A stretch of 64,000 bases of DNA from Vulcanimicrobiota bacterium (GCA_963805945.1 CAWDVP010000002.1:288001-352000), one strand, 5' to 3'. Positions 46,423-55,931 are shown, numbered from the stretch's first letter. Made by a program: numbers and translations. The notes: generated from the letters alone by a model not told the origin.

Positions 46423-46679
46423 ATGAGCACGTGGCCGCCTGACGCCACCTCATTTTGCCGTTTGTCTCTATAAGGTTGGAAGAATTGATGGATCCGCACG
46501 AGCGCAGCGCGGGGGACGACCGCGCCTATAATGCGGCGCCGGAACTGCGCCGACTCATCCGCGCCGCAGGCAATATCCGGGTGATCCTGCTCGGCCTCCC
46601 AGGCCCGGCGGGCGCGAAACGGGCGACACGGCCGATCGCGACGGGCACCTTCTCGTTTCCGGCGCTGAGCGTCAATTAA
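46423..46679 (+). CDS. Small hypothetical protein (probable frameshift near 46455)
   Basis: ATG 46423 after TATACT; joins ORF 46455..46679; no recognised motif. Confidence 0.3.
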
Positions 46680-46706
46680 CGCCTGAGCCGAACTAAAGTT
46701 CGGCCC

Positions 46707-47309
46707 CTACAGATATAGTCTCTTCTTCTCGATATAGCGCACGACGTCGTCGGGCGTCAGATAACGTATGGGCTGCCCCGCGCGAACGCGCTCGCGCAGC
46801 ACGCTCGCCGAAATGTCCACCAGCGGCAGATCGAGCGCGACGAAGCGCTCGCGTAATTCGCCGGGCAGATCGCCGATGATGGCGGCGAGGTCCTCCACCT
46901 CCGCGCCTTCGCGCCGCACCACGTAGAAATGTTTCAGCGCGGCGGCGACTTCTTCCAAGCGCCGCCAGCGGCTCACGGTGAGCGAGTCCATCCCGGCGAT
47001 GAAATGCAATTCGTCATCGGCGTAGCGTGTGAGCAGCAGCGCCAACGTATCGGCGGTGTACACCGGTCCGGCCTGCGTCAGCGCGGTGTCGTCGAGCTCG
47101 AAGTGCTCGGCGCCGCGGATGGCGAGCTCCACCATCGCGCGGCGATCCGCTGCAGCGGCGTGTACGGCGCGATGCGCCGGCTCGCCGACCGGCAAGAACA
47201 ACACCCGCTCCAGCTTGGCGTGGGCGCGCACCGCGTCCGCGATGAAGAGATGCCCGTAGTGGATGGGATCGAACGTGCCCCCGAGCACGCCGATGCGCCG
47301 CGCGCTCAT
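46707..47309 (-). CDS. nadD: Nicotinate-nucleotide adenylyltransferase
   Basis: GGTFDPIHYGHL, YTADTL, ISASVLR. Confidence 0.93.
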   Translation of the reverse strand: MSARRIGVLGGTFDPIHYGHLFIADAVRAHAKLERVLFLPVGEPAHRAVHAAAADRRAMVELAIRGAEHFELDDTALTQAGPVYTADTLALLLTRYADDELHFIAGMDSLTVSRWRRLEEVAAALKHFYVVRREGAEVEDLAAIIGDLPGELRERFVALDLPLVDISASVLRERVRAGQPIRYLTPDDVVRYIEKKRLYL

Positions 47310-48565
47310 AGGAAGACGAACTCGCTCGCGCCGACGCGCACCTTCTGGCCCGCGCGCAGGCCGAGCTTCTCGAGCTTGCGCATGGCGCCGCTGCGCGAGA
47401 GCGCGCGGGTGAAGAACGCGCGGCCTTCATCGGTGTCGAGGTCGGTCATCGAGGCGAGGCGTTCGAGATTCGCGCCCGCCACCCGATAGGCGTCGCCCTC
47501 TTTGGTCACTTCGACCGCGCGCCGCGACGATTCTGGTTTGGGTCTGAGCACGACGGCCGCCGGGCTTTCCGCCATCGTCTTGGCGCGCGACTCGACGATG
47601 GCGGCATAGGCGGCGGCCATCAACGGCTTCACGCCGAGGCCGGTGGCGGCGGAGATGCCGAAGACCTTGGACTTCGTGGATGCCTCGACGGCGGCGAGGA
47701 CGTCCTTCGCCTCGGGCAGATCGAGCTTCGAGACCGCGATCAGCCGGTGCTTTTGGAGCAGCGCGGGATTCCACGCAGCCAGTTCCGCCTCGATCATCGC
47801 CATCTGCGCGAGCGCCTCGGCGGGCGGCAAACCGCCGTCGACCAAGTGGATGAGCACGCGAGTGCGCTCGACGTGCTTGAGGAAGCGATCGCCGAGCCCG
47901 GCGCCTCCGCTCGCGCCTTCGATAAGGCCCGGCACGTCGACGAGCACGAAGTTGGCGTCGACGTCGATCTGCACGACCCCGAGCTGAGGCTCGAGCGTGG
48001 TGAACGGATAATCGGCGATCTTCGGCCGCGCCGCCGAGACGGCCGCGAGGAGCGTCGATTTGCCGGCGTTGGGCGCGCCGACGATGCCGGCGTCCGCGAG
48101 CAGTTTGAGCTGCAGGTCGAGCTCGCGTTCCTCGCCGGGTTGGCCGCGCTGCGCGAAGCGCGGCGTCTGGTTGACCGAGGTCGCGAAGTGCTGATTGCCG
48201 AGGCCGCCGCGCCCGCCCCGCGCGACACAGACGCTGACGCCGTCCTCGCGCATGTCGGCGATGAGCTGATCGCCGTCGTACACGAGCGTACCGAGCGGTA
48301 CGGGGATGACGATGTCCACGCCGTCTTTGCCGTGGCAGTTGTCGCTGCCGCCGTTGTCGCCGGGAGTCGCGGCGAACCTGCGCTTATGGCGGAAATCGAG
48401 AAGGGTGGAGCGCTGGCTGTCGCCACGCACGAAGATCGAACCGCCGCGTCCGCCGTCGCCGCCGCTGGGGCCGCCGCGCGGCACGAATTTCTCGCGCCGG
48501 AACGCGACGACGCCGTTGCCGCCCTTGCCGCCGAGCACGGCGATATGCGCTTCGTCTACGAACAT
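47306..48565 (-). CDS. obgE: GTPase Obg with C-terminal OCT domain
   Basis: FRREKFVPRGGPSGGDGG, GAPNAGKSTL, DYPFTTL, PGLIEGA. Confidence 0.96.
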   Translation of the reverse strand: MFVDEAHIAVLGGKGGNGVVAFRREKFVPRGGPSGGDGGRGGSIFVRGDSQRSTLLDFRHKRRFAATPGDNGGSDNCHGKDGVDIVIPVPLGTLVYDGDQLIADMREDGVSVCVARGGRGGLGNQHFATSVNQTPRFAQRGQPGEERELDLQLKLLADAGIVGAPNAGKSTLLAAVSAARPKIADYPFTTLEPQLGVVQIDVDANFVLVDVPGLIEGASGGAGLGDRFLKHVERTRVLIHLVDGGLPPAEALAQMAMIEAELAAWNPALLQKHRLIAVSKLDLPEAKDVLAAVEASTKSKVFGISAATGLGVKPLMAAAYAAIVESRAKTMAESPAAVVLRPKPESSRRAVEVTKEGDAYRVAGANLERLASMTDLDTDEGRAFFTRALSRSGAMRKLEKLGLRAGQKVRVGASEFVFL

Positions 48566-48602
48566 CGCTTCATCTCAGCAGCGCGCCCACGAGCGCACAA
48601 CG

Positions 48603-48627
48603 AAAAACCCGCATCAGATGCGGGTTT
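48603..48627 (-). terminator. Intrinsic terminator after rpmA
   Basis: Minus strand AAACCCGCATC-T-GATGCGGGTTTTT. Confidence 0.65.
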
Positions 48628-48659
48628 CGCTGGACGTCGCGAAATTGACTTGCGTCGTA

Positions 48660-48953
48660 CTAGGCTTCGGAACCGGCCGGCGTCACGGCGACGACCTGGC
48701 GATCCTTGCCGCGGCGTGAGAATTCGACCTTGCCTTCGACGAGCGCGAAGAGCGTGTTGTCCTTGCCCATGCCCACGTTGGCGCCGGGATAGAACTTCGT
48801 GCCGCGCTGGCGCAGGATGATGTTGCCCGCGATCACGGCTTGGCCGCCGTAACGCTTGACGCCCAGGCGCTTGCTCTGGGAATCGCGGCCGTTGCGCGAC
48901 GACCCAAGGCCCTTTTTGTGGGCGAAACGCTGAAGATTAATATAGAAAGACAA
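48660..48953 (-). CDS. rpmA: 50S ribosomal protein L27 with N-terminal extension
   Basis: GAGGAG RBS, TTG start (48953 or 48959): [25 protein letters not shown]...RQRGTKF. Confidence 0.95.
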   Translation of the reverse strand: MSFYINLQRFAHKKGLGSSRNGRDSQSKRLGVKRYGGQAVIAGNIILRQRGTKFYPGANVGMGKDNTLFALVEGKVEFSRRGKDRQVVAVTPAGSEA

Positions 48954-49015
48954 TTTCAAACGGCTCCTCGGTCGACAGATTCGGGGAAGGATTCCCGCGC
49001 GATTGGTGCTTGCGA

Positions 49016-49044
49016 AGTATACCAAACTCAGCGGGATGGGTCAA
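49016..49044 (-). promoter_or_regulatory. Sigma70-type promoter of rpmA
   Basis: TTGACC-N17-TATACT with TG extension on the minus strand. Confidence 0.75.
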
Positions 49045-49078
49045 TTTCCAGGGCTGGTTAGCCGACAAGAGATCAAGA

Positions 49079-49717
49079 TCAACCTCGTTCTGTATTGGGG
49101 GACACAATGGCCCTTGCGCGTCTTGAAGCGGCGGCTATCGCGAGCAACGCGCACACCCAAGACACCCCGAACAGTGTGCCTCCGACGACGTCTGTCAGGT
49201 AATGCGCGCCTAGCGCGAGACGCGACCAGTCCACGCCGAGCATCCACATGATGAGCACTGTGGCGCACGTGATCTTCGCCGGTTTGGGGAGCGGTGCCAT
49301 CAGCGCGATCAACAACCAGCTTCCGAAGAACACGATCGCCGTGCAGGCATGTCCGCTGGGATACGAATAGCCTGTTTCGTGATACACGAGCCAGTGCTCG
49401 GGTCGAACGCGGTGGAAGGCGTGTTTGACCAGCTCGACCACGCCCGTTGAGAAGATCTGTGAGACGAGCACGCCGATACCGAGCCAGAGCGGCATGCGCA
49501 GCGCCGCGAGCGCGCCTATGCCGACCAAGCCGATCACCGCGATCGGCAAGGTCCGCCCCGATTCGGTGAAGACGATCGCCGCCCGCGTGCCATGACCTAA
49601 GAGCGCAGCGGCGGTTGCGACATCCAGGCGCGAAAAGGGTACCATCGTCACTGCAAAGCCGAGGACCACGAAGAGCACGAGCGCAGCCGCGCTGCAGATC
49701 CAGAGTCGCGCTGCCAC
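49079..49717 (-). CDS. PAP2-family membrane phosphatase
   Basis: KHAFHRVRP, YSYPSGH, SRLALGAHYLTDV. Confidence 0.9.
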   Translation of the reverse strand: MAARLWICSAAALVLFVVLGFAVTMVPFSRLDVATAAALLGHGTRAAIVFTESGRTLPIAVIGLVGIGALAALRMPLWLGIGVLVSQIFSTGVVELVKHAFHRVRPEHWLVYHETGYSYPSGHACTAIVFFGSWLLIALMAPLPKPAKITCATVLIMWMLGVDWSRLALGAHYLTDVVGGTLFGVSWVCALLAIAAASRRARAIVSPNTERG

Positions 49718-50623
49718 CTAGTCGGCCTTGAAGCGCTTCGGAACCATCACCCTGAGCGCACGCCGATCCACCGAGAATTTCGCCGGGGTCTTCTCGAGAT
49801 AATCTCCATCGATGCAGATCGGCTGGCGCTTATCGGTCTTCACGCGGATCTTGGATGCGGAGAAATATTGCGCGTCGCTGCGCTTTGTCTGGTCGCCGCG
49901 CAAGAAAGCGATGTACGTGCCCACCTTGTCTCCGACCGACAAGCCGGTCGTCGTGAAGCATGCCAGTTCGCCGTCCGTGAGGGACGCGCTCGGCAACAGC
50001 GGCTCATCGCCGTAGAACCGTCCGTTGGCGACGATGACCTGGTGCGTCTCCAGTTTGAGCTTTCTGCCCTTCCACTTGATCACGCACGCGAACGGCTCAC
50101 GGGTGAACAGGGGGCCAGCGCCGGCGATCGCATACGCCGCGGGACCGGCCCATTTCTTCAGCGCGCGCGGCGTGCGCCGCGCGATTGCGGATGGCAGACC
50201 GATGGTGGCGAAATTGGCGAAATGCGTTCCGTTGACGACGCCGAGGTCGACCTTGGCCACTTTCCCCTTGGCGATGACGTCGACCGCATCCTCGACCGAC
50301 AGCTTGATGTCGAGGCTTCGGGCGAAGCTGTTCCCCGTTCCGGCCGGGATCACGCCGAGCACCGTGCGCGTGTGCGCGAGCTCGCCGATGATCGAGGTCA
50401 GCATGCCGTCGCCGCCGCATGCGACGATCAGCCGATGACCCGTCTTGACGGCGCTTTTGACCCGAGCGCGGAGCTTGTCGTGATCGGAGCTGGCGTACGA
50501 CTCGACGACCTCAAAACCGCGCTCATGGAGCAGCGTACGCGCCATCTTCATGTCGACCTTGCCGTGACGCGACGCAAGGCTGGCGATGATCACGGCTCGT
50601 CGCGCAGCGACCTTCTTGCCCAC
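49718..50623 (-). CDS. YegS/diacylglycerol-kinase-family lipid kinase
   Basis: CGGDG, PAGTGNSFARSL, VANGRFYG, IDGD. Confidence 0.9.
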   Translation of the reverse strand: MGKKVAARRAVIIASLASRHGKVDMKMARTLLHERGFEVVESYASSDHDKLRARVKSAVKTGHRLIVACGGDGMLTSIIGELAHTRTVLGVIPAGTGNSFARSLDIKLSVEDAVDVIAKGKVAKVDLGVVNGTHFANFATIGLPSAIARRTPRALKKWAGPAAYAIAGAGPLFTREPFACVIKWKGRKLKLETHQVIVANGRFYGDEPLLPSASLTDGELACFTTTGLSVGDKVGTYIAFLRGDQTKRSDAQYFSASKIRVKTDKRQPICIDGDYLEKTPAKFSVDRRALRVMVPKRFKAD

Positions 50624-50719
50624 ATCTATCCAGTTGGGCGCAGTATGGACCCGCCCTCTTTCCGTTCGGAAGCGGGTTTCGTGTTAGGGGACAAGACAAC
50701 CCGAATTCGGCGACGCGGA

Positions 50720-51835
50720 CTACTCGCTGTTCTGGATCACCACGTGCCAATGCGCGGGTATGACGCAGCGTCGCTGGTCGTGCCCGAACGACTCGTCGCC
50801 GCCTACGAGCATGAAAAGCACCGTATGGACGAGGGTGCCCGGCGGTGCGGGGGGCGGCGCGAGGACGAGCGCGGTGATGTCCAGAGAAGGCGTGGGCAGC
50901 GAGCTCGCGTCTCCGACATATGCAAAACCGTGCGGAAAATCGCTGAGATGCCCTAGGTGGCCGCGGAGCATGCGGCCGGTCGTGTGCACGTGGATCGCGC
51001 ACGGGCCGCCGCCGCTGACATCGACGCCGGACGGCGCCGCGACGAGAAACACCTTGTACACAGGTCTCACGACGATGTGATATCTGAGGTCGAAGAGCAC
51101 AAAGGCGCGGTACACGATGTCGCGGTGATGACCGCAGACATCGCCGGACACGCCGCCGCGTTGCTGGTCCGCGAATCCGACCGGCACGAGCCCCGCCGGG
51201 AACGTGGTCAAGAGCGGCTCCATCGGATGCGGACTCGTGCAGAAGAAGAGATCGGCGTCGGACGTCTCATCGCTGACGTAGGCGAAGGATTGGTCGTTCG
51301 CGTCGACGATGACCGGCGCCGGTCGACCGCAGGGCCCCTCGATGCACGTGATCGTATGGCCGCCCAGCGGCGTCGGTGTCGGACCCACGCCGGCACGAAT
51401 GGTGGTCACCTCGTGGAGCGGCGCATGCGTCGGCGTCGGCGCCACGCACGACACGGTGTAGCTCGTACGCGGTGTGGAATACACATCTGACTGGCCGCCT
51501 GAGATGGCGTGCACCCAGAGCTGATCCCAGCCGATCCCCGAGGCGGATTGAACGATCGTCTCCGCGGCGTTCACGTGTCCGCTCGCATCGAGCGTCACGT
51601 GGTGGACGGCGGGATCCACACCGCCGCCGCGGTTCCACTGCCAGGTGAAGCTCGCGCCGGGCGTGCCGGCGATGGAGCCTGTGAAAGACAACGTCACGGG
51701 GCATGGGCCGCTGTAGGTCGCGTGGTCGACCGAAAGCGTTGCGCTCGTCACGTTGGCGGACGCGCTGGTCGCCACGACGAGCGCACACGCGATCGCGAAG
51801 ATCCCGAGGCCAACACGTAGACGGCCGCTGACCAT
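50720..51835 (-). CDS. Secreted Cys-containing beta-rich hypothetical protein
   Basis: RBS AAGGGGG, ATG 51835, signal ending ASA, YSGPCPVTLSFTGSI, PTP linkers. Confidence 0.65.
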   Translation of the reverse strand: MVSGRLRVGLGIFAIACALVVATSASANVTSATLSVDHATYSGPCPVTLSFTGSIAGTPGASFTWQWNRGGGVDPAVHHVTLDASGHVNAAETIVQSASGIGWDQLWVHAISGGQSDVYSTPRTSYTVSCVAPTPTHAPLHEVTTIRAGVGPTPTPLGGHTITCIEGPCGRPAPVIVDANDQSFAYVSDETSDADLFFCTSPHPMEPLLTTFPAGLVPVGFADQQRGGVSGDVCGHHRDIVYRAFVLFDLRYHIVVRPVYKVFLVAAPSGVDVSGGGPCAIHVHTTGRMLRGHLGHLSDFPHGFAYVGDASSLPTPSLDITALVLAPPPAPPGTLVHTVLFMLVGGDESFGHDQRRCVIPAHWHVVIQNSE

Positions 51836-51962
51836 GTAAGCGCCCCCTTGAGAGCCGTGTTTCGGCAGCTGTTCCATGAACGGCGCAGGCGGTGCGTACG
51901 TTCCAGGGCCGCGCAACCGCTCACCCTTGAGCGCGGGACGTCCGCCCCTTGCAATCGGAGAT

Positions 51963-52010
51963 ACTTTGTGGTACAAAGTGTAACAGGCAAGTGACTTTGT
52001 GAGGCAAAGT
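51963..52010. promoter_or_regulatory. Two ACTTTG-N5-CAAAGT inverted-repeat operators
   Basis: 51963-51979 and 51994-52010, 31 bp apart, between divergent genes; TTGCAA at 51949. Confidence 0.7.
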
Positions 52011-52018
52011 AGCGATCT

Positions 52019-53206
52019 ATGGCCATGCGCATCCTCGCGCTCGTCGTCATCTTCATCGCCGCCACGTTCGCGTGGGTAGTGCTCAGCGCGACGCTCGTCG
52101 TCCGCACCGAGCAAGCCGACACGGAGCAGCGGGCCGCGCTCGGTTCGCTGTGGGGACCGCCGCAGACCCAGTGCGTCCCCGAGTTCACCTATCCGGTCCG
52201 GAAGGGCTTCCAAAGCCTGCCGCTGTCGGCCAGCCGTATCGTTGTCGACCTCGCGCTCGATCAGCGGCGCAAGGGCTTGCGCTGGTACAACACCTATCGC
52301 GTGAGTTTCTCCGGCGCATATCGAGTGGTCAACACGAGCGCAGTGGCGCAGTTGCGGTTCGCGCTGCCGCTGCCGGCGGACAACGGCGTGTACGACGACG
52401 TGCGCGTGCTCGTCGACGGACGTCCGATCGCCAACACGACCGAAGGCGGAGTCGTGCGAGCGGCGTTTCCGGTGCCGCCGGGTCGCTCTGCAGAGGTCAG
52501 CGTCGCCTACCGATCGCGCGGCATCGGCACGTGGTCGTATCGGTTCGGCATCGGCAGCAACACGATCCGCAATTTTGATCTCGTGATGCACACCGACTTC
52601 AAGGCGATCGATTTCCCCGCGGGTACGCTCGCGCCGACGAATGAACGCCAGACGGCGGACGGATGGGAGCTGCGCTGGCAGTATCGCGATCTGGTCGCCG
52701 GCGTCGGCATCGGCATGCTGTTCCCCGAACGCCTGCAGCCCGGTCAGCTGGCGCAACGCATCACGATGTGGGCGCCGCTCTCGCTGCTCTTCTACTTCTT
52801 CGTGATGTTCATCATCACCACGCTGCGGCGCATCGAACTCCACCCGATGAACTACTTCTTCTTGGCAGCGGCGTTCTTCTCGTTCCATCTGCTGTTCGCG
52901 TACACGGTCGATCGCATCTCGATATTGGCCGCGTTCCTCATCTGCTCGGTCGTGTCGATGTTCCTGACGATCAGCTACCTGCGGCTCGTCGTGGGCTTGC
53001 GCTTCGCCGCGGTGGAAGCCGGCCTCGCGCAGTTCTTCTATCTGATTCTGTTCTCGTTGGCGCTGTTCAACGAGGGCTACAGCGGTTTGGCGATCACTAT
53101 CGGCTCCATCGTGACGCTGTTCGTCACCATGCAGTTGACCGCGCGCGTGGATTGGGGCGAGCGCTTCGCCGGCCCGCTCACGCCGGCGGCGGCGGCCCCG
53201 CACTGA
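52019..53206 (+). CDS. CreD-like inner-membrane protein
   Basis: N-terminal TM, extracytoplasmic domain, several C-terminal TMs with LHPMNYFFL..FHLLFAY. Confidence 0.7.
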   Translation: MAMRILALVVIFIAATFAWVVLSATLVVRTEQADTEQRAALGSLWGPPQTQCVPEFTYPVRKGFQSLPLSASRIVVDLALDQRRKGLRWYNTYRVSFSGAYRVVNTSAVAQLRFALPLPADNGVYDDVRVLVDGRPIANTTEGGVVRAAFPVPPGRSAEVSVAYRSRGIGTWSYRFGIGSNTIRNFDLVMHTDFKAIDFPAGTLAPTNERQTADGWELRWQYRDLVAGVGIGMLFPERLQPGQLAQRITMWAPLSLLFYFFVMFIITTLRRIELHPMNYFFLAAAFFSFHLLFAYTVDRISILAAFLICSVVSMFLTISYLRLVVGLRFAAVEAGLAQFFYLILFSLALFNEGYSGLAITIGSIVTLFVTMQLTARVDWGERFAGPLTPAAAAPH

Positions 53207-53307
53207 CTCCGGCGCGGTCGGCGTCCGACCATCGGTCGTGCAGCCCCCGCCGGCCTGCAGGTCGGTCTTGGCGCCTTCACCAATGGCGCGGGCAAGGAGG
53301 GCAGCAT

Positions 53308-53607
53308 ATGCACACCATCGCCGCCATCATGTGGTTCTTCGATGACAGCAGCAACGCGATGAACGCCGCCGCAGTGGGCGGGTTCATGGCAGCGTACGGC
53401 CTCTTCGTCCTCATCCTCGTCGCCTTCGAGATCTTCCTCATGTGGAAGATCGCGACGAAGGCGGGCTATCCAGGCGCCTATAGCCTGTTGATGCTGATAC
53501 CGCTCGTCAACATCATCATCTTCATCATGTTCGCCTTCACCGAATGGCCGATCGAGCGCGACCTCAAGGCGCTGCGCGGCACCCGGGGCACAACGCTCAC
53601 ATCCTGA
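53308..53607 (+). CDS. Small membrane protein
   Basis: AAGGAGG RBS; WKIATKAGYPGAYSLLMLIPLVN..FAFTEWP. Confidence 0.75.
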   Translation: MHTIAAIMWFFDDSSNAMNAAAVGGFMAAYGLFVLILVAFEIFLMWKIATKAGYPGAYSLLMLIPLVNIIIFIMFAFTEWPIERDLKALRGTRGTTLTS

Positions 53608-53644
53608 TCGCGGCAGACGGCCGCTCGAAGTCCACACACAGCAC

Positions 53645-53672
53645 ACGAGCCCGCGCATATGCGCGGGCTCGT
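53645..53672. terminator. Perfect 28-bp palindrome between convergent genes, probable terminator
   Basis: ACGAGCCCGCGCAT-ATGCGCGGGCTCGT. Confidence 0.6.
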
Positions 53673-53700
53673 CCTCTTCTATAGTGCAAGCGCGGCGGAG

Positions 53701-54282
53701 CTACGTGTGCGCGTGCGCCTGGTGGCGCTTGCGGTAGTTGCGCGCCTTGGTCCGATTGCCGCACGTGCTCATGGTGCACCACTGGCCCGAGCGGTTCTTC
53801 GTCTCGTCGAAAAACGCCCACGAGCAGCGATCAGCCGGACATGCTTTGAGCCGGCTCCACGTGCCGCTAGCCATCGCTGCGAAGGCGATCGCCAGGAGCG
53901 TACCGAGCGCGCCATCGACGCCTGGTGCGAGCGGTTCAAGACGCGCGCCGCCATCCGCTTCGAAGCGGGCGGCCAGCTGCGCGCTGCGCGCCGCTCGATT
54001 GAGGGTTTCACGCGCGTTAGGATCCGCAGCAGCGCCGTTGTTGGCGAGGGTGAGATCGCGCAACGCCTCGCGCACGGCGGTCGCCTGCCGCACGTCTGAG
54101 TCCGTCGCCGCCGCGCCACGCTTGAGCAGCCCCGCATCCACAAGCCAGCGCGTCAAGCCGGCCGGGGTCGCGAGGTCGTCGCGGCCGCTCTCCAACTCCG
54201 CGGTATTGATGAAGGCCTGCGGCAGCAGCAGGTCGCCCGGGGCGGGCTTGCTGCCGGCATACTTGAGAAGAAAGTCTTTCAT
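53701..54282 (-). CDS. ABATE/CGNR zinc-finger transcriptional regulator
   Basis: FINT, LTRWL, RLKACPADRCSWAFFDETKNRSGQWCTMSTCGNRTK. Confidence 0.92.
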   Translation of the reverse strand: MKDFLLKYAGSKPAPGDLLLPQAFINTAELESGRDDLATPAGLTRWLVDAGLLKRGAAATDSDVRQATAVREALRDLTLANNGAAADPNARETLNRAARSAQLAARFEADGGARLEPLAPGVDGALGTLLAIAFAAMASGTWSRLKACPADRCSWAFFDETKNRSGQWCTMSTCGNRTKARNYRKRHQAHAHT

Positions 54283-54290
54283 TGCGGCCC

Positions 54291-54408
54291 ATTATACGCA
54301 CTTCGGAGGTTACTTTTCAAGCCTGCTATCCCGTAAAGTGGTACATAGTGTAACTATTTAACTGCATTGACAGGTTACGATAACTAGCGTAGAATGATGG
54401 CAGGTTAC
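54291..54408. promoter_or_regulatory. Divergent promoters with two tandem TAAC-N19-GTTA operators
   Basis: Plus strand TTGACA 54367 -N17- TAGAAT 54390; minus strand TTGAAA-N18-TATAAT (54320 to 54291); operators at 54351-54377 and 54381-54407. Confidence 0.75.
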
Positions 54409-54431
54409 CTCCCACACGAAAGGACACGACC

Positions 54432-54566
54432 ATGGTACATCAAGCTTCGCGCCTCTTCGGGCTCACTCTGGACGAGTACGAGCTGCCGGGCTCGCGCACG
54501 GATCTCGTCAGCATCCCGCGCGGCGCCTCGAGCTCGATCTTCGGCGGCTGGGGAGTCCGGATCTAA
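54432..54566 (+). CDS. Unannotated 44-aa peptide, GWG-motif family member 1
   Basis: GAAAGGA RBS; MVHQASRLFGLTLDEYELPGSRTDLVSIPRGASSSIFGGWGVRI; paralogue at 55777. Confidence 0.7.
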   Translation: MVHQASRLFGLTLDEYELPGSRTDLVSIPRGASSSIFGGWGVRI

Positions 54567-54639
54567 CGGTGGCGCCGTTAAGAGCCGTTAACCTCAGCCG
54601 ACAAGGTCACCGCACGATAACTCCGCCAACAGCGCAGCC

Positions 54640-55563
54640 ATGAACAACAGGATGTTCGTGGCTGCCTTGTCTGTCATCGCGCTCGCGTTGTCAGGTCAGT
54701 CGGCGGCGTCGCCGACCGGCGACCCGGTGATCGCCGCCGCCGGCGACATCGCCTGTGACCCCCGCCCGAGCGCCGCGCCTGAAGCCGATGAGGGCGGCGG
54801 CAGCGTCTGTCACCAGGCGGCGACCGCAAAACTCATCGAGCTCATGCACCCGGCCGCCGTTCTGGCGCTCGGCGACGAACAGTATCCCAACGGCGCGCTC
54901 GATTCGTTCACGGCGGGCTATGCGCCGTCGTGGGGCGCCTTCAAAGCGATCACGCATCCGGCGCCGGGCAACCACGAGTATCACACCCCGGGCGCGGCCG
55001 GATATTTCACGTACTTCGGCGCAGCGGCCGGCCCGCCGGACAAGGGCTACTACAGTTTCGATGTCGGCGGCTGGCACCTCATCGCCCTCAACGCCAACTG
55101 CCAGCCCGCCGGCGGCTGTGGAGCGGATTCGCCGGAGGTGCGCTGGCTCGCGCAGGATCTCGCGGCGCACAAGGGCGCCTGTACGCTCGCCTACTGGCAT
55201 CAGCCGCGCTGGTCATCCGGACCGCACCACAGCGATCCCACGTATGACGCGTTCTGGCAGACGTTGTACGCCGCGCATGCGGACGTCGTGCTCGGCGGAC
55301 ACGACCATGACTACGAACGCTTTTCGCCACAGGCGCCCGACGGCGCGTCGGATCCGGGCAAGGGCATCACAGAATTCGTCGTCGGCACGGGCGGGCGCAG
55401 CCACTATCAGGTCAAGAGCGTCGCACCCAACAGCGAGGCGCGCAGCAACGATACTTTCGGCGTGCTCGAACTCACTTTGCATGCGCACGGCTTCGATTGG
55501 CGATTCGTGCCTGAGCAGGGCAGCACGTTCACCGATTCAGGCAGCCGCGCGTGCCATGCCTAG
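54640..55563 (+). CDS. Secreted calcineurin-like metallophosphoesterase
   Basis: Signal peptide; AAGDIA, LGDEQY, PGNHEY, GGHDHDYER. Confidence 0.9.
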   Translation: MNNRMFVAALSVIALALSGQSAASPTGDPVIAAAGDIACDPRPSAAPEADEGGGSVCHQAATAKLIELMHPAAVLALGDEQYPNGALDSFTAGYAPSWGAFKAITHPAPGNHEYHTPGAAGYFTYFGAAAGPPDKGYYSFDVGGWHLIALNANCQPAGGCGADSPEVRWLAQDLAAHKGACTLAYWHQPRWSSGPHHSDPTYDAFWQTLYAAHADVVLGGHDHDYERFSPQAPDGASDPGKGITEFVVGTGGRSHYQVKSVAPNSEARSNDTFGVLELTLHAHGFDWRFVPEQGSTFTDSGSRACHA

Positions 55564-55776
55564 GTAGCTGAACCTCCAGCCCCGTTTCTGTCCCGCGACC
55601 CCCTCGTGAGCCGCTGGGAACAGGCACGCGGGCCGATTCTCCGTGCCGGGCGGCGCTAACTCCCCGTAGCTGTACCGATTCGACCCCACCCCCTGTGGCC
55701 GTACCATGGACTCAAGCGAAGGCCGGGCGAAAACGCCAGGCCTCGCACACGCGAACTGAAAGGACGTGACCACGCC

Positions 55777-55920
55777 ATGGACGCTAAGAAGAAGAACGAC
55801 TACATGATCGACGACGAGGAAGATCAAGAGAACGGCCTGCTCGACACGCACTCCACGCTGGTGCGGCTGCGCAGGGGCCCCGACACCTCGATCTTCAGAG
55901 GCTGGGGACCGAAGCTCTAA
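55777..55920 (+). CDS. Unannotated 47-aa peptide, GWG-motif family member 2
   Basis: GAAAGGA RBS; MDAKKKNDYMIDDEEDQENGLLDTHSTLVRLRRGPDTSIFRGWGPKL; followed by a terminator. Confidence 0.7.
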   Translation: MDAKKKNDYMIDDEEDQENGLLDTHSTLVRLRRGPDTSIFRGWGPKL

Positions 55921-55931
55921 TGCGGCCCCGC

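Noticed and set aside
46665..46679. C-terminal SxN ending shared with FabF (SVN, SQN) as a targeting tag
   Set aside because: Two instances are not enough to exceed chance
54351..54410. 30-bp periodic repeats as a mini-CRISPR array
   Set aside because: Only two units, no spacers, no cas genes; the dyad structure over a promoter fits operators
54394..54591. 65-aa ORF from the ORF track
   Set aside because: Starts inside the -10 element with no RBS; the overlapping 54432..54566 frame has an RBS and a paralogue
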